Shown: piece by piece, positions 1 to 13,139 of the stretch | Numbering within the stretch: the first letter of the stretch is position 1 | Layout of the letters: every line of letters begins with the position of its first letter | From: Eledone cirrhosa | Taxonomy: Eukaryota | Length of the DNA stretch: 64,000 bases | Assembly (NCBI GenBank): GCA_964016885.1 | Contig: OZ024760.1 | Span: forward strand, 26,722,001-26,786,000 | Direction of reading: 5' to 3' | Made by a program: the position numbers and the translations under genes | The notes under the pieces: model-generated | The model's database searches: none | The model's input: only the letters and a program-made list of their open reading frames with translations | What the model was told of the DNA's origin: nothing

Positions 1-120
1 TATATGTATATATTGTCAACGTAGTTTCCAGTAGGTAAAGAGGTGGAGTACTAAGCAGAGTGTAATAATATTAATGCTGTCTTTATTAACCACAAAGTTG
101 ACACAAAGTATAACATTAAG

Positions 121-370
121 GACGGTACAGGACGGTACAGAACGGTACAGGGCGGTACAGGGCGGTACAGGACGGTACAGGACGGTACAGAACGGTACAG
201 GGCGGTACAGGGCGGTACAGGACGGTACAGGACGGTACAGGGCGGTACAGAGCGGTACAGGGCGGTACAGAACGGTACAGGGTGGTACGGGACGGTACAG
301 GACGGTACAGGACGGTACAGGGCGGTACAGGGCGGTACAGGACGGTACAGGGCCGTACAGGGTGGTACAA
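121..370. repeat. 10-bp tandem repeat (GGACGGTACA/GGGCGGTACA), ~25 copies, inside a dispersed repeat
   Basis: Period-10 array seen directly. The left flank (ctctttattaaccac...aagtataacattaaggac) recurs at ~52527-52592 with only two units. Confidence 0.95.
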
Positions 371-568
371 ATGGCATTTCTGCGTGTAAAGAAAAACCAA
401 ACACAAAGCAAATGGCGAAAAAAGACTCAAAGGAAATTTCCCCAATAAGGAGGAGACTTCCCAGGGTCACTCGTGGAGAAAGCCCATTAAAAAAGTCACG
501 ATGACCCTGACCATCAGGGCAAGTGGCCTCTCCCAAATAATAATCTTTTATATTATTATTATTATTAT

Positions 569-701
569 TCGAGGTTAACTTTGCCTTTCATCCTTACACG
601 GTCGATAAAATAAAGTACCAGTAATGAACTGGGATCGATTTAATCGACTTTCCTCTCCCCTAAAATATGCTGGCCTTGTGCCTATTTAAGAAACCACTAT
701 T

Positions 702-703
<2 letters not shown>
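569..703 (+). mobile_element. 5'-truncated tRNA-derived SINE (family S1)
   Basis: gaggttaactttgcctttcatcct...gtcgataaaataaagtaccagtaatg...gctggccttgtgcc, shared with full copies at 14400, 38613, 44444 and 58247. Confidence 0.85.
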
Positions 704-741
<38 letters not shown>

Positions 742-743
<2 letters not shown>

Positions 744-1108
744 CAAAGAAATGAAGAATAACATGGTCGGCTGTACACTAGGGTTTATTTACAGTATTAA
801 CAATTGTTTCTTTAATCAGGTGAGACTAAAGGTCGCTGATCGTTAGAAGTAACGTTACTCGACCTTAATTACAGTCGATACCCGATCAAGTCGTCAGAAA
901 ACTGATATTGTACAGCCCACCATGTTATTCTTCATTCTTTTGCTATTATTACTCCAGCAAACACCTGCCTGGGAACTTTATTAAACTGGCCACCAGACTA
1001 AGGAAACTTCTTGTTGAATCAAACAATGCCGAACGTTAAAACACTATCCTCGACACAGAGCACTCATAACCTCTAACTGGATTACCTTAAACGATATCTT
1101 GTTATCAT
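742..1108. mobile_element. Fold-back PLE terminal fragment (family D) in (TA)n
   Basis: 742-775 is the inverted copy of ~910-945. (TA)n lies on both sides. A related copy at 37517-37639 has the same two ends. Contains an HHR. Confidence 0.7.
792..904 (-). ncRNA. Minimal type I hammerhead ribozyme with extended stem II
   Basis: Minus strand: CAGUUUU-CUGACGA-cUUGAUCGGG...CCUGAUUAAa-GAAA-CAAUUG-UU/AAUACUG. Stem I 6 of 7 pairs, palindromic stem III CAAUUG, GUU site. Confidence 0.7.
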
Positions 1109-1120
1109 ATATATATATAT

Positions 1121-1299
1121 AGGAACGAGTAGGACCCCGACGGCTGAGCTCAAGCCGTTTCGACGGCTAATTCTGGACTGAGTCCAGAATTAGCCGTCGA
1201 AATTAGCTGTCGTTCCTATTACCCACTCTACTACCCTAAGTACTGAGTACTTTGGTGCGTTATGGTCCACCTGGTTCCTTACCACATTTCCTTCGTTAT
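1121..1299. mobile_element. Fold-back element family A (HHR 3' half plus ~80-nt tail) in (TA)n
   Basis: The arm reads GAAA-CGGCT-tgagctc-AGCCG-TC-GGGGTC on the minus strand. The tail tattacccactctact...ttcgt is shared with copies at 6966, 7481, 10550, 38826, 57241 and 59741. Confidence 0.75.
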
Positions 1300-1412
1300 A
1301 TATATATATATATGAATTATTTCCGGTAAAGGAAGGGTAAAGGTATGGAGAGTGCTCTATGTACGCTACAGAGCTATTTAATTATGTAATAAACAACATA
1401 AGACAATCATTC

Positions 1413-1479
1413 CATTTACCAAAGGTTTCACGAAGACAGACAAGATCAACACAAACGTATGAAAGCGCTCATCAGAATG
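1413..1479 (-). ncRNA. Type I hammerhead ribozyme (intact arm of an inverted pair)
   Basis: CAUU-CUGAUGA-GCG...CGU-GAAA-CC uuu GG-UA/AAUG: all core nucleotides present, GUA site. Confidence 0.8.
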
Positions 1480-1511
1480 AAAAATTTAAATTAAATTCAG
1501 ATTAAATTTTT

Positions 1512-1578
1512 CATTCTGATGAGCAATTTCAGACGTCTGTGTTGAGCTCGTCTGTCTTCGTGAAACCTTTGGAAAATG
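1512..1578 (+). ncRNA. Hammerhead ribozyme, inverted partner with mutated cleavage triplet
   Basis: CAUU-CUGAUGA-GC...GU-GAAA-CCUUUGG-AA-AAUG, so GAA replaces GUA. Lies within the inverted repeat ~1380-1612. Confidence 0.65.
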
Positions 1579-2094
1579 GAATAATTTCTTATGTTGTTTA
1601 TTACATAACTATATATATTGTTATATTTAGGGATGGTCATGTGACCAATATTGCTAATAAAAAACCACACGCACCATATACTTTTCACTTTTTCACTTCA
1701 TTTGTGTTACTAGCTATTCGTTAGTTTGGCAAAGTTATTTCGTCACACGTTCTGTGACCTCCTCAATGATTATTTGTTCTCTTATAATATACATTTTTTT
1801 TTTTTTTATTATATTTCTAGACCAACGACTGTGCTGTGGCGTTGAAATGAAATGAGCTCAGATCAGGCAAGATGTTGGCATAGCTGAAGTCTTTAATATC
1901 AGCTGTGCCGCGTGTTGCCATCTTTGGGCTCGTGTTGACTGCAGATACATTCATTCGTCAAACGAACATACGATTCTGAAGAAGACTACGTCAATATCGA
2001 ACAAGATAGAAGAGGGATACTTGCCAAGGGAAGACAACTGTGAAGAAATGAACCAAATAATGTATGTATGGATGTATGTATGTATGTATGTATG

Positions 2095-2815
2095 GACTCT
2101 CTCAGGGGAAGATGCTCGGTATCAGGTGGTACAAGCATGTGAGTGATGTTGAGGTCCTTGAGAGAAGTGAGTGTCAGAGCATTGAAAGTATCATCCACCA
2201 ACGACGTTTGCTATGGACCGGACACATCTGCAGAATGGAGGACGATCGAATCCCAAAACAACTTTTGTATGGCGAGCTTTGTAAAGATAAAATACCACCT
2301 CACAAGCCAAAGCACCGATTCAAAGATTGTGTGAAGGACTCATTGAAAAAATAACTGGTTTCATGGTGGCTGACTGGGAGATAGAAGCTCTTGAAATAAA
2401 AAATTTGGCGTGGAATTGTGAATGATGGGGTCCATAATTTTGAGGACGGACGCATAGAGCACGAGAAGATCAAACAGGATGTGCGTAAGAAATGCCCAGG
2501 TGTATCTCTCGAAACGATCGGTGTCTCCATTGAATTGGTGTGCCCTGAGTGTGGAAAGATTTGCCTGAGCAAATCTGGTCTCAGGAGCCACAGTCGCAGC
2601 CATGTTCAGAGAGAACCAGGGAACTATGATTTCCACGGTATTGTGGAGGTTCACAGGCCACCTGATGCAAGACCTGGGGCCAGGGGGATCCATAGTTGTC
2701 GTCAATGTGCCAATGAGTGCAAGTCTCTAGCAGCCTTGAAAAGCCATATCCGAGCGTCACACATCTGAACCTGACAAGCGATTACATTACTCTTAGCAGA
2801 GTTTTCAGCCATCAT
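2095..2815 (+). pseudogene. RTE-clade LINE 3' fragment (RT C-terminus plus two C2H2 fingers), disrupted
   Basis: RRLLWTGHICRMEDDRIPKQLLYGEL...RFKDCVKDSLK, then CPECGKICLSKSGLRSHSRSH and CRQCANECKSLAALKSHIRASH. Ends gcagagttttcagccatc(atgt)n. Confidence 0.85.
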
Positions 2816-2879
2816 GTATGTACGTATGTATGAGTGTGTGTATGTATGTCTGCCTGTATGTATGTATGTATGTTTGTTT

Positions 2880-3076
2880 CTCTTTCTCTTAATTTCGTGT
2901 ACATTTTTGACCGGCCACCTTCCTTTGAATCGCAAGAATGTTTTGCAAATTTTGAAGGTGCCAGCTACCGCAGCCATTTCTAGTCTATGAATTCGGGAGC
3001 TGCGCTCTTTGTCCACAAATCCAAGTTCAGTCATACTTTGGTCCAAGCGGGATGGTATATATCATGTAGTCCAATA
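2880..3076 (-). pseudogene. 3' fragment of an RLE-type (R4/Dong-like) non-LTR retrotransposon
   Basis: LEMAAVAGTFKICKTFLRF resembles the C-terminus LQVQSINGTVKICRTFQKF of the element at 19258-21628. Confidence 0.6.
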
Positions 3077-3079
3077 ATA

Positions 3080-3280
3080 AGATCTCTCTGCACTTGTCGT
3101 CACATGGTACCATGGGCCCAGCACTATGTGTCAATAATTGTCACAAGTGTAGTGTTTGTACCAGAGTTTTCAAGTCGCTGGCTGGACAAAAAAGTCACAC
3201 TCGTTCAGCGCATCGGTAGGGGTTCTCCTACTTGGATATAAAGTAGTGGCCGTACTCGAAAACAAGTTGGCAGCCACCAT
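3080..3280 (+). mobile_element. RTE LINE extreme 3' end with terminal C2H2 finger
   Basis: Encodes CSVCTRVFKSLAG(Q/L)KSHTRSAH and ends gcagccacc(atgt)n. Near-identical copy at 59529-59727. Confidence 0.75.
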
Positions 3281-3324
3281 GTATGTATGTATGTATGTAT
3301 GTATGTATGTATGTATGTATGTAT

Positions 3325-3900
3325 GGGTCACTCTTGAGTGCTACTGGTAACATGTAACCCAGTACAACCTGTCGCATGGTCGACTAAACCAGCAACCCCA
3401 CCAAGTTTACTTGGTGAGGAGGAGGATGTTTGGACACCCTACAGGACAAAAAACAAAACCTGACAAAGGGCGGAAGAATTCATAAGAGTCGACGGCCATC
3501 CAAAAATGTGTAAATATGTATATACACATGTATATATAGATATATATATGTATGAATATGCGCGGGGACATAGAAATAGTCGGGCTGGATACCCAATCCC
3601 GCAGGTAAACCACTGGGAGTGAACGACCCCTAGCCTTTGTCAGGGCATTCTTCTAGGAGAAGGCAACTCAGGAAACTGGGATAACTCCGACATAAAACCT
3701 GCAGCTTAGTAGTTACCGATGATGTTGATCTTTTCTTCTTTTCTACTGTCGCTAAGAGAGTGGGATTGGCTCAGTGCACAGTCTTACCTCACTTTAAAAA
3801 TAATCTTCACGCACAGGCATTGCACAATAGAATTAATTCATAACTATTAATAACGTTATATCGTGCAATGTCCATACTCGATAACGAGGGGGCAGCCATC
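3325..3900 (+). mobile_element. Non-autonomous RTE-associated retroposon (RTE-like 5' region joined to RTE-type 3' end)
   Basis: Homologous copies at 46971-47377, 59120-59520 and, partly, 39330-39500. The 3' end tactcgataacgagggggcagccatc(atgt)n matches the RTE 3' ends at 2815 and 3280. No ORF. Confidence 0.7.
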
Positions 3901-4103
3901 ATGTATGTATGTCTTGCAAGCTATATGATGAGAGGTAACAAAAAAAAAAAAAAACCTGCTACAAAACTTTTACTATGGAAACCCATTAATGTGAAACCCA
4001 AATATGGAAGAACTCTGAAGACATTAAAGAGAGTTATTGAGGAAGATCTGGTGAAGGACTGAGGGAGTTAATGTTGGGTCGTGTCACTAGAAGTGGGTGG
4101 ATT

Positions 4104-4577
4104 TAGTAGTATAGTAGTAGTAGTAGTAGTAATAGTAGTGGTGGTGGTGGTAGTGGTGTTGGTGGTGGTGGTGGCTGGTAGTGGTGGTGGTGGTGGTTGG
4201 TAGTAGTAGTAGTGGTGGTGGTGGTTGGTAGTAGTAGTAGTGGTGGTGGTGGTGGTGGTTGGTAGTAGTAGTAGTGGTGGTGGTGGTTGGTAGTAGTAGT
4301 AGTGGTGATGGTGGTGGTGGTGGTGGTGGTTGGTAGTAGTAGTGGTGGTGGTGGTGGTGGTGGCTGGTAGTGGTGGTGGTGGTGGTGGTTGGTAGTAGTA
4401 GTGGTGGCGGTGGTGGTGGTTGGTAGTAGTAGTAGTAGTAGTGGTGGTGGTGGTGATGGTTGGTAGTAGTAGTAGTGGTGGTGGTGGTGGTGGTTGGTAG
4501 TAGTAGTGGTGGTGGTGGTGGCTGGTAGTGGTGGGGCTGGTGGTTGGTAGTAGTAGTGGTGGCGGTGGTGGTGGTTG

Positions 4578-4612
<35 letters not shown>

Positions 4613-5079
4613 GGTGATGGTTGGTAGTAGTAGTGGCGGTGGTGGTGGTTGGTAATAGTAGTGGTGGTGGTGGTGGTGATGGTTGGCAGTAGTAGTGGTG
4701 GTGGTTGGTAATAGTGGTGGTGGTGATGGTTGGCAGTGGTGGTGGTGGTGGTGGTGGTTGGAAGTAGTAGTCGTGGTGGTGCTGGTGCTGGTAGTAGTAG
4801 CGGTGGTGGTGGTGATGGTTGGCAGTAGTAGTGGTGGTGGTGGTGGTTGGCAGTAGTAGTGGTGGTGGTTGGTAATAGTGGTGGTGGTGATGGTTGGCAG
4901 TAGTAGTGGTGGTGGTGGTGGTGGTTGGTAGTAGTAGTCGTGGTGGTGCTGGTGCTGGTAGTAGTAGCGGTGGTGGTGGTGATGGTTGGCAGTAGTAGTG
5001 GTGGTGGTGCTGGTGATGGTTGGCAGTAGTAGTGGTGGTGGTTGGTAATAGTGGTGGTGGTGGTGGTGGTAGTAGTAGT
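4104..5079. repeat. Compound (GGT)n/(AGT)n low-complexity tract
   Basis: Directly visible trinucleotide runs. Confidence 0.95.
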
Positions 5080-5108
5080 ATGTAAATAAGACCATCACAA
5101 AAGCACTC

Positions 5109-5220
<112 letters not shown>

Positions 5221-5363
5221 CTCTGCGGACGTTTCACTCGGCTCTACACACGATGATGCTTTGGGATGGCTGACTTAGGATGACCCCAGCCTCGTCGAGC
5301 AAGAAGAAAGAGTTGGACGTTTCAACTAGACTAGAATATCGCATGTATATATATATATATATG

Positions 5364-5419
<56 letters not shown>

Positions 5420-5420
<1 letters not shown>

Positions 5421-5868
5421 GATATATTAACAAATGGAAACTATATTTATAAAACCATATTTATTTCATTATACATATTTCAAGGACACCAAGTTAAATT
5501 ATGGTGTGCTTTCATCAGATAAAATATAATATAGAGCAGTTTTATAAATAAATATTGACATACCCTTAAAGAATGCGACCATTTCTGTTGGACACTATCC
5601 GGGAGCTTCCAACAGTAATGGTTGCATTCTTTAAGGGTATGTCAATATTTATTTATAAAACTGCTCTATATTATATTTTATCTGATGAAAGCACACCGTA
5701 ATTTAACTTGGTGTCCTTGAAATATGTATAATGAAATAAATATGGTTTTATAAATATAGTTTCCATTTGTTAATATCGTATTTTTACTCCAATTATTTGT
5801 TGAGTGCTTTATATCAGTTATAAAAATATTTACTTGTTGTATCCCAACAATTTAAATAGAACTTTTAC
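5420..5868. mobile_element. Fold-back fragment of the PLE terminal repeat (family B), one HHR per arm
   Basis: 5420-5582 is the inverse of ~5620-5780. Homologous to 56472-56687. Plus-strand HHR at 5674-5738: UAUUUUAU-CUGAUGA-AAG...CUU-GAAA-UAUGUA-UA/AUGAAAUA. Minus-strand HHR at 5462-5526. Confidence 0.85.
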
Positions 5869-6033
5869 ATATATATACATATATATATTTATATACACCC
5901 TTTTGGGGACAGTGTGAAATTTCTTTTTGAAGAACTACTGGGCTTTCAAGCTTAGCGGTCCTTCTAGCACTGACGGAGACCATCACTGAATATTAATATT
6001 AATGTAGTTTTTTATATTGATTCTGCCTGGGCA

Positions 6034-6156
6034 TCCACTGATGAGTTATAAGGGCCGGCTTGTGTGTATATCTATGGATTATATGCAAGCTTCTACATAA
6101 CTTGGACATTATTTTTCCCACCTTGTAGAAATCTTATAACGAAACGATCGTATGGA
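6034..6156 (+). ncRNA. Minimal type I hammerhead ribozyme with ~80-nt insertion in loop II
   Basis: UCCA-CUGAUGA-GUUAUAAG[~80 nt]CUUAUAAC-GAAA-C GAUC G-UA/UGGA. Perfect 8-bp stem II, palindromic loop III, GUA site. The downstream region 6170-6330 recurs inverted at 42287-42465. Confidence 0.85.
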
Positions 6157-6552
6157 AAGAAAGAGAGATTTATTTAATTATGTCTCATATAAAATAATAC
6201 AGCCAACTATCCACGAAATACAATATAGTTATCACTCCAAACGTATACTGAGGTAGATCCTAATGTTTGTTGAGTGAGATGGAGTTGGTCAGAGTATCGC
6301 TAAAAGCTTTCTCTGTTAATGTATTAAATATATATATTTTGACAACAGCTGGTGATATGGATGTAAGTAAATATTCACCTTATCTGATATTTTGTAGATA
6401 GATCGATAACGAAGTATAGTTACGTTACATAGATCGATAACGAAGTATAGTTACGATGTATTATCCTCACCTAGAAACGATCGTAAAACTGAAGTATATT
6501 TCTAATGACTTGATTTTTTATTTCATTTTTTTAACTTATATATATATATATA

Positions 6553-6965
6553 AAATAAAATAATTAAGTCAAATATTTAAAATTTGGCTTCGTTTATGAA
6601 AGGTGTACTGCTATATATATTTCGGTGCCAGCCATCCTGGGCTGTGACCTCTTCAGGCAGTCCAAATTGGTGTGGTAGAGACAGGTACACATGTTGTTGA
6701 AGTTTTTAACTCCGTCAATACTCCGATATGACCAGTTCCTGGTTGGGAACTGGAATCATATATGATTCCAGTTCCTCAGAGAAATAACAACTCAACCAGG
6801 AACTGGACATATCGGAGTATTGACGGAGTAAAACACTTCAACAACATGTGTACCTGTCTCTACCACACCAATTCGGACTGCCTGAAGAGGTCACAGCCAA
6901 GGATGGCTGGCACCGAAATATATATAGCAGTACACCTTTAATAAACGAAGCCAAATTTTAATATA
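6553..6965. mobile_element. Fold-back element family O with two HHRs
   Basis: Near-perfect inverted repeat centred ~6762. HHRs at 6607-6661 (-) and 6877-6931 (+): ACUGC-CUGAAGA-GGU(cagcca agga uggcug)ACC-GAAA-UAUAUA-UA/GCAGU. Confidence 0.85.
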
Positions 6966-7640
<675 letters not shown>

Positions 7641-7657
7641 TATATATATATATATAT

Positions 7658-9381
<1,724 letters not shown>

Positions 9382-9383
<2 letters not shown>

Positions 9384-10155
9384 AATAAAATAATTAAGTC
9401 AAATATTTAAAATTTGACTACGTTTAATAAAGGTGTACTGTTATATATATATTTCGGTGCCAGCCATCCTTGGCTGTGACCTCTTCAGGCAGTCCGAATT
9501 GGTGTGGTAGAGACAGGTACATATGTTGTTGAAGTGTCTTTTACTCCGTCAATACTCCGATATGTCCAGTTCCTGGTTGGGTTGTTATTTCTCTGAGGAA
9601 CTGGAATCATATGAGGTAGAACAAACGAATTTCGGCGTCATAGGACACCCTCTCCTCCCATTGGTCAGTTGTGAGAACATTCCTCAGTCAAAAGTCTATA
9701 GAAATTTTTCTAAGGCAAGACAATCTGTTGTGGTTGTACAGTACAGCTGACCTCCTCCATTGTGTTGGTAGTGGTATTGGTGTTAGGGGTCAGCAAGCAG
9801 GTCAGCTTTAGTTCGGCTGCTGCTAATTTTACAAGAATTTGTGTGTGGGGGTTGGCATCTACCCTGCCACCATTTGAAATGTCTTAGTCACCAGGAGAAA
9901 GGTGTTCAAACATACATATGTGTGTATATATATAGAGAGAGAGATTTTGAGTTTATGACTCCAGTTCCTCAGTGAATTAACAACCCAACTAGGAACTGGG
10001 CATATCAGAGTACTGACAATATTATACACCTAAACAACATATGTACTTGTCTATACCATACTAATTCAAACTGCCTGAAGAGGTCACAGCCAAAGATGGC
10101 TGTCACTGAAATATATATAGCAGTAATAAACGAAGCTAAATTTTAATCATTTGAC
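9382..10155. mobile_element. Family O arms in inverted orientation with HHRs
   Basis: HHRs at 9437-9493 (-) and 10070-10124 (+). The right arm is more diverged, and extra internal sequence lies at 9612-9910. Confidence 0.75.
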
Positions 10156-10168
10156 TTTTATTTAACTT

Positions 10169-10208
<40 letters not shown>

Positions 10209-10212
<4 letters not shown>

Positions 10213-10507
10213 CTCTATATATATATATATATATAGTGCTCTACCACTACGGATATTACCTTCCAGTGTTCTACCACTATATATATATATATATATAGTG
10301 GTAGAACACTGGAAGGTAATATCCGTAGTGGTAGAGCACTCAGTCCATGGGACGGGTTAGGTAGAAGTTGTTACACAACAGTTAGTTCACCATACCGAGA
10401 ACAATTGTTTCACCTTAGCGGATCCTCAGCTGGTCCATTACGAGCTGAGAATCCGCTAAGGTGAAACAATTGTTCTCGGTATGGTGAACTAAATGTTGTG
10501 TAACCAC

Positions 10508-10510
<3 letters not shown>
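10209..10510. mobile_element. Fold-back element family F (HHR 3' half) plus detached tail copy
   Basis: Palindrome 10370-10510 contains GAAA-CAATTG-TT-CTCGG. 10234-10278 is the inverse of 10296-10340 across a TA tract. Confidence 0.65.
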
Positions 10511-10549
<39 letters not shown>

Positions 10550-10551
<2 letters not shown>

Positions 10552-10741
10552 CGAAGGAGGTGTGGTAAGGAACCAGATGGACCATAACGCACCAGAGTAC
10601 TCAATACTTAGGGTCGTAGAGTGGGTAATAGGAAAATGTTTAACCCCGACCGTAGCTCAAGCCATTTCGACGGCTATTGCTGGACTACAGAAATAGCCGT
10701 CGAAACGGCTTGAGTTCTGCCGTCGGGGTTAAACATTTTCC
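10550..10741. mobile_element. Fold-back element family A
   Basis: Palindrome aggaaaatgtttaaccccgac...gtcggggttaaacattttcct plus the family tail. Confidence 0.75.
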
Positions 10742-10805
10742 TATATATATATATATATATATGATAAAGAACACAAGAGCGTCTACAACATCAAAAGATT
10801 TTTAT

Positions 10806-10854
10806 TGGCTTACAATGTTTCTTCCTTACGTAACCGTAGGATTCGTCAGAGCTA
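10806..10854 (-). ncRNA. Minimal hammerhead ribozyme (family L)
   Basis: uaGCU-CUGACGA-aUCCUACG guua CGUaAGGAa-GAAA-C AUU G-UA/AGCca. Confidence 0.65.
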
Positions 10855-11462
10855 TAAAAGGGGTTTGATTGGTGTTATGGACTCTACCAACCAAACATTC
10901 AAGAACAAAGAGTAAAGAGAGTAAAGAGCAAAAGTAGGGGACGATAAGTCTAATTTTGGTGCGGGAGGGTGGGGTGTGGGTCCTTGTTTACTAGCTGTGG
11001 TCATATTCAACAACCAACATATACTCAATATATATATATATATATTGAATATATGTTGGTTGTTTACCGACACCTCAGTATGCAGATTGGGGCACTCGAC
11101 GAAGTACGCAGGTTGGTTTGGGTACTCCGGGGTAATGTAAAATGAACCATTTGACTAAGACCATATTCTCTCTAATTCTAAACACAGCCGATATCTTCCA
11201 GAGAAAGAGATGAAGAAAGAGGAGAAATCGATCCTGATATTTTCTTATCGTCCTCGACAGATAGGGTTGACCTCGGCAGGATTTGAACGCAAAGCACAGA
11301 TAACATTAACAGCTACAACGAAGCTTTCTATCCGACGTTCTAACGACTCTACCAATCCACCAACTTACGTGGATGTAATGAAAAGAGGAGAAAAACCACA
11401 TTTTTGACGTGGGAATGATCCCAACTCGCACTAAAATATTTGATTTTCTGATTTATTTAATA

Positions 11463-12092
11463 CTAGCAGTGGTACCTGGTGTTGCACGGGATAAGGTATT
11501 TTCGAACGCGGGCCGCCAACAGACCTAATCGTGGAAAAACTGCATGCCTGTACAATATGTAAAGAAAATAACCCGAATACTCTGATGGCTGGATAATCTT
11601 TAAGATTTTCCTCGATGAAGCAGAAAAAGTGCAGGTTTTCACCTAATGCGGGCCCTGGAGGATCAAGAAAATTAATTTTTTTATGTGCATAATATGACTT
11701 GAAATTTCAGGAAAATCGGCTAGACGTAACGCCTCAAAAGAGCCCTAAAAAGCTGAAAAAGTGAAGTTTTTCACCTAATGCGGACCCTAGGCCATAAAAA
11801 AGTTGGATTTTCTTTGCTCACGGTGTGAAGAAGAGACTGACTAATACATAATTACAATTTCAAGGAAATCGGTCTGACGTAAGGCCTCAAAAAAAACCTA
11901 AAAAGCTGAAAAAACCCAGTTTTTCACCTAATGCGGGCCCTAGGGGATCGAAAAGTTGAATTTGATGTTCATAACACTCCCTGAAACATAAGTAATACAC
12001 ATGTAAAGTTTGAAAAAAATCGGTTGGGTACTTCTCGAGTTTTAGGGATTCACACACACACACACAGACATATTCAGTTTTATATATATAGA
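11463..12092 (-). mobile_element. Non-autonomous Helitron
   Basis: Minus strand: 5'-TCtatatatataaaactgaatatgtctgtg...cccgtgcaacaccaggtaccactgCTAG-3', inserted between A and T. Three internal ~130-150-bp subrepeats (ttttcacctaatgcgg). Confidence 0.8.
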
Positions 12093-12350
12093 TAAAACGG
12101 TATCCTTTATTCTCTACAAAAAGGGACCCCGTCCTCCCCTACACACTTGGTTAAGCAGATACATGATACGAACAAGCTCCTGGGAATTGGTGCCTGGTGT
12201 TATAATAAACAAGAACATGATTTATACTTCCCCAGCACACCGTCCCCCGATGTGATTTAAACCGGGTACCCCGACTTTCAAGGAAATTAGAGGTTCTTTA
12301 TGATACTCCGTAATTTCGATTCCACAAAAAATTATAATGAAACTATCGGA

Positions 12351-12471
<121 letters not shown>

Positions 12472-12844
12472 GAATCAATAAGGTGGATGGTCATCAGAAT
12501 TCCCCCCTCTCCTCAAGAACTTAAGGATTCACTCAACTTTGATTTAACTGGACCATGGATCGGTAACTTCCTTTTACTATGGCGGCATATCTGGGTTTTT
12601 TTTCTTCTTTGTTTTGTTTGCTTGTTTTTTTTTTTTTTGTTTTTTGCTTCTGGCCCACAGATACAGCTGAATGGACAAGGACATTCTGAAATAAAGCATC
12701 CTACTCAAGGCGAGTGGCCTAATGGTAAGTGTGTTGGACTTATGATCATACCAACTGGAGGACAGGGTGTTGTGTACTTGTGTAAAACACTTTATTTCCC
12801 CTTGTACCAGTATACACAGTAGAAGATGAGTACCAGTAATAGTT

Positions 12845-13030
12845 GTGAAGGTGCATGGCTTAGTGGTTAGAGCATTGGGCTTGCAACCGAAAGGTTGTGA
12901 GTTCAATTCTCGGACCGGTTGATGTGTTGTTTCACGTTGCTCCAGTTTACTCAGCTGTAGAAATGAGATGATAGGACTGGGGTCCCCGTCATTAAATCAC
13001 CCAAGACACCTCCAACGAGACATACCTTGG
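12845..13030 (+). mobile_element. tRNA-derived SINE (family S2)
   Basis: A box tggcttagtggtt and B box gagttcaattc. Homologous minus-strand copy at ~40150-40362. Confidence 0.8.
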
Positions 13031-13139
13031 AGGAGGCCAGCTAAACGTGCATAGGTGTGAGCTGTAATACACACACACACACACACTGCGATGGACTGGT
13101 GTTGTGTCAGGCGTGGAGACTTGTACTCTTAGTCACTTA

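Noticed and set aside
1121-1299. Interpretation of the fold-back elements as MITEs
   Set aside because: The arms are unequal, the palindrome centre differs between copies, and family B matches the terminal repeat of a retroelement.
5221-5340. Two GAAACGTC half-motifs on the minus strand
   Set aside because: No CUGANGA core or stem I could be assigned.
12845-12920. tRNA genes at SINE heads
   Set aside because: A/B boxes are present but there is no complete cloverleaf, and each continues into a SINE body.
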